64,000 bases of DNA from an uncultured Bacilli bacterium (GTDB lineage Bacteria > Bacillota_I > Bacilli_A > RF39 > UBA660). Where the stretch lies: NCBI GenBank assembly GCA_947589495.1, contig CANQAK010000001.1, positions 13,017 to 77,016 on the forward strand, in the 5' to 3' direction. The notes beneath the pieces are model-generated. The model was not told the origin of the DNA and did no database searches. It saw only the letters and a program-made list of their open reading frames with translations. The position numbers and the translations under genes were made by a program. Position 1 is the first letter of the stretch; each line of letters opens with the position of its first letter. This document shows positions 61,002 to 64,000 of the stretch, piece after piece.

Positions 61002-61750
61002 TCTTTAAAACCTTTTTTTAATAAACCTAATTTAATACGTTCTTCTAATTCTTTACCAGAATATTTTTTACTTAATTTAATTTTTAATTTTTCATATTCT
61101 TTATTTTTTATTTCATCACTATCTTTAATTTCATAACTAGAAAGAATATTTATAATATCTTCTTTATAAAATCCTCTTTTATATAAATCATTTATAATTT
61201 TTTGTTTTAAATTATTTGCTGATAAATTATGATTAACTTCTAACTTTTTTTTAATATATTTATTAATTTTATTTAACCAAATATTTTCATCAATAGTTTG
61301 TAAATAATTATTAATTTGGGATTTTTCAAATCCTAGCCTATTTAAATCAAAAGATATTTTATTTTGCCCTACTAATTTTAAATTAATAGCATCATTAGTA
61401 TAAGCTTTTATATAATTTATATCATTTAAATAGCCCTCTTTTTTTAATCTATTAATTGTATAATCAATTGCTTCTTTAGAAAAATCTTTTAATTTCTTTT
61501 CAATTTCTTTTTCTGTTCTTAATTTAATATTTAAATATTTAAGTGCAATATTGTAACTTTCTAAATAACTATTATAAATAGTTATTTGTTTTAAATTTTC
61601 TTCAGAAATTTCTTTTTTTAATAAAAGTTCATATTTTAAAATAACGTCATCATATAAATTTATTTTATTATTATTTGACAACGTTATTTCATAAATATTT
61701 CCTTTTTTCTTTTTATAATTTATTATTTTCATAATCTTTACATGCTTCAC
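60998..61750 (-). CDS. recX: RecX-family regulatory protein (putative)
   Basis: Three ~50-aa helical repeats of RecX type ('...AIDYTINRLKKEGYLNDINYIKAY...'). Confidence 0.5.
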   Translation of the reverse strand: MKHVKIMKIINYKKKKGNIYEITLSNNNKINLYDDVILKYELLLKKEISEENLKQITIYNSYLESYNIALKYLNIKLRTEKEIEKKLKDFSKEAIDYTINRLKKEGYLNDINYIKAYTNDAINLKLVGQNKISFDLNRLGFEKSQINNYLQTIDENIWLNKINKYIKKKLEVNHNLSANNLKQKIINDLYKRGFYKEDIINILSSYEIKDSDEIKNKEYEKLKIKLSKKYSGKELEERIKLGLLKKGFKD

Positions 61751-62693
61751 TTAAATCTTTAATTAAATTATCTACATCTTCCATTTTTTCAAGTTTTGCT
61801 CCACTGGCATATTTATGCCCTCCACCATTATATTTATTAGCAATTTTATTAATAATAGGTCCTCTACTTCTAATACTTATTTTATATTGATTATTTTTAA
61901 CATCTTCTGTTATAAAAATCCAAACTAATAATTCATCAATAAAGTTATAACTATTAATTAAATTTGATGGAGTGGCTGTATCAACATTATAATCTTTTAA
62001 ATTTTGATTACTTATTTTTATATATCCTAATTTATTTTCATCAATAATTAAATTATTTGTAATAAAAGCAATAAATTTGTATTCAGAAAAAGGTCTTGTA
62101 TAGAGAATATCATAAAGATTTGTAAAATCTATTTTACTTTTTTCTAGTAACTTCTTTACTGTATCAAATGTTTCAATGGTTGTATTTTTTAAAGAAAATC
62201 TTTCACTATCAGAAACAATTCCTAAAAATAAATTTTCAGAAATTTTAGTATTTAATTTTAATTTAGTATTTAAAATTAATTCCGCAACCATTTGACATGT
62301 ACTAGATTTCTTCTCATCACACCAATCAACAATACCTTTTATATCTTCTTTAGGATGATGGTCTATTTTTAAAATATTTTTATAATTTAAATTTTCTATA
62401 CCATCTACTCGATTATAATTGGGAACATCTAAAACAATTAATAATGGTTCATGTAAATCATTATAATTGGGATGATCTAAATTACCATACGTTTTAAATT
62501 TTGATACTCCTGCTCCTACAGCATAAACATGTTTTTTAGGAAAAGTTAATTTAATGGAATCTCTTAAAGCAATTTCAGAAGCAATTGCATCGGGATCAGG
62601 ACCAATATGTCTTGCAATTACTATATCATCATATTTTTTTATTTCTTTATATATTTTGTTTAATAAAGTTTTGTTTATTATTTTAATCACCAA
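61713..62693 (-). CDS. DHH/DHHA1 phosphoesterase (NrnA-like nanoRNase / pAp phosphatase)
   Basis: 'VIARHIGPDPDAIAS', 'IDHH' and DHHA1 'GGGHKYASGA'. Confidence 0.8.
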   Translation of the reverse strand: MVIKIINKTLLNKIYKEIKKYDDIVIARHIGPDPDAIASEIALRDSIKLTFPKKHVYAVGAGVSKFKTYGNLDHPNYNDLHEPLLIVLDVPNYNRVDGIENLNYKNILKIDHHPKEDIKGIVDWCDEKKSSTCQMVAELILNTKLKLNTKISENLFLGIVSDSERFSLKNTTIETFDTVKKLLEKSKIDFTNLYDILYTRPFSEYKFIAFITNNLIIDENKLGYIKISNQNLKDYNVDTATPSNLINSYNFIDELLVWIFITEDVKNNQYKISIRSRGPIINKIANKYNGGGHKYASGAKLEKMEDVDNLIKDLSEACKDYENNKL

Positions 62694-63890
62694 CTAACTA
62701 ATTAATTCCATTGTTTCAAGAGCAATCATTAATTCTTCATTAGTAGGAATAACATATACAGGAACACTAGATTTATCACTAGAAATAATTCCTTCATTAA
62801 CATCTAAGTAAGATGCTGTATTCATATTCTTTTCATGATCAATAAATATATTTAATGAACCTAATTTATTTATAATATTTTCTCTAAATTCACGAGCATT
62901 TTCTCCAAGACCTGCAGTAAAGACTAAAGCATCTACTTTGCCATCAAGTTCTACATAATATTTAGCAATATAAGATACTATTTTATCAATATACATATCA
63001 TTTGCTAAGATACTATATTTATCTCCTTTAACCATTTGTTCTTCAATATCACGATGATCAGAATATTTTCCACTTATTCCTAAAAGTCCACTTTCTTTAT
63101 TTAAAATATTATCTACTTCTTGAATAGATTTACCAGTTTTTTCCATTATATAAGGAATTAATGAATAATCAATATCGCCACATCTTGTTCCCATCATAAT
63201 ACCAGCATTTGGACTGAATCCCATTGATGTATCAATACTTTTACCATTTTTAATACAACAAATACTGCCACCACTACCAATATGACAACTTATAACATTA
63301 ACATCTTCTTTATTTAATATTTCTTGAACTCTTTTTGTTATATATTTGTGACTTGTTCCATGAAAACCATATTTACGTACTCCATAATCTTTATACCAAT
63401 TCATAGGTACAGCATATAAATATTCTTTTTCTGCCATTGTTTGATGAAATGCTGTATCAAAAACTCCAACCATTGGGGTATTAGGTAAAGCATCTCTAAA
63501 AGCCTTTACTCCAACTATATTAGCTGGATTATGAAGAGGAGCCAAACTAGATAATTCACTTACTGTTTTAATTACATCATCATCAATAATAACAGATTTA
63601 TTATATTTATCTCCTCCATGAACTAAACGATGACCAACACCATCAATTTCATCTAATGAATTAATTATTTTATTATTTAATAATTCTTCAATTAGATATT
63701 TAATCGCATCACCATGTTCTTTTAAAGAAGCTTCCTTTTTAATTTTTTCACCATTAATTTTAATACTATAAAAACTTCCTTCAAGTCCTATTTTTTCAAA
63801 ATAACCACTTATTAATTCTTTTCTTTCAGGTAATTCAATACAATTAAATTTTAATGAAGAACTACCTGCATTTACTGATAATATTTTCAT
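62694..63890 (-). CDS. ackA: Acetate kinase
   Basis: 'MKILSVNAGSSSLKF' N-terminus and acetate/propionate kinase signatures. Confidence 0.92.
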   Translation of the reverse strand: MKILSVNAGSSSLKFNCIELPERKELISGYFEKIGLEGSFYSIKINGEKIKKEASLKEHGDAIKYLIEELLNNKIINSLDEIDGVGHRLVHGGDKYNKSVIIDDDVIKTVSELSSLAPLHNPANIVGVKAFRDALPNTPMVGVFDTAFHQTMAEKEYLYAVPMNWYKDYGVRKYGFHGTSHKYITKRVQEILNKEDVNVISCHIGSGGSICCIKNGKSIDTSMGFSPNAGIMMGTRCGDIDYSLIPYIMEKTGKSIQEVDNILNKESGLLGISGKYSDHRDIEEQMVKGDKYSILANDMYIDKIVSYIAKYYVELDGKVDALVFTAGLGENAREFRENIINKLGSLNIFIDHEKNMNTASYLDVNEGIISSDKSSVPVYVIPTNEELMIALETMELIS

Positions 63891-64000
63891 TTTTTTACAC
63901 CTCTAAAACAATTATAACCAACAATTTCTTTTTTGTAAACAAAGAAAAAGGTAGCATTTAATGAGTTTTAAAAATAAATTCCATCAATCATTTGCTACCC

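Noticed and set aside
1-64000. rRNA genes, tRNA genes, transposases, integrases or prophage blocks
   Set aside because: No long high-GC structured stretches typical of rRNA or tRNA stand out. No DDE or tyrosine-recombinase motifs were recognised in any ORF.

Overview
This is a very AT-rich chromosomal segment (roughly 25-30% G+C by eye) read with the standard genetic code: Trp is TGG and long ORFs are not broken by TGA, so it is not a Mycoplasma or Spiroplasma. The gene content looks like a low-GC, endospore-forming Firmicute, possibly an Erysipelotrichia- or Clostridia-like lineage, but the organism is not identifiable from sequence alone.

Housekeeping core:
- SEDS family C-terminal fragment, lysS, a class V cysteine desulfurase, murD.
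- polA-mutM-cca-dnaD-nth block, fmt, and ileS preceded by a T-box leader.
- rpsP plus a KH-domain gene, a ybxB-like methyltransferase, rpoB-rpoC, hup, recX-like, an nrnA-like DHH phosphoesterase, and ackA.

Sporulation and spore-surface genes:
- spoIVA and an intact pro-sigma-K gene with no skin insertion.
- A Bacillus-type cotE homolog.
- A BclA-like collagen-repeat protein beside a GT2-TPR glycosyltransferase.
- Two tandem YjcZ-type tiny TM peptides behind a CATA---TA-type promoter.
- A split Ku / ATP-ligase / LigD PE-Pol NHEJ locus.

Most unusual feature: a 1850-aa ORF (26735..32287, minus strand). Its first ~460 aa are a convincing group-1-like sigma-70 with regions 1.2, 2, 3 and 4. Its remaining ~1400 aa are about ten further degenerate copies of the region-3.2/region-4 HTH module ('L(S/T)xxExxxLxLxYGL...'), interleaved with recurring 'LLDC(T/S)xEEE' and 'GDS' motifs. 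It appears co-transcribed with a transglutaminase-like putative cysteine protease, a translationally coupled 71-aa ORF, fmt and a CDP-alcohol phosphatidyltransferase.

Other oddities:
- A class B sortase carrying a ~270-aa N-terminal cytoplasmic extension, divergent from a small candidate substrate.
- A degenerate IspH-like domain fused to a polyprenyl diphosphate synthase.
- An internally duplicated 835-aa surface protein whose two DUF1566/C-type-lectin-like module ends are encoded by GC-rich codon islands.
- Three tandem copies of a GC-rich 38-bp repeat.
- A CIRCE-like operator overlapping the hsp20 promoter.

No rRNA or tRNA genes, CRISPR arrays or recognisable transposase or integrase genes were seen.
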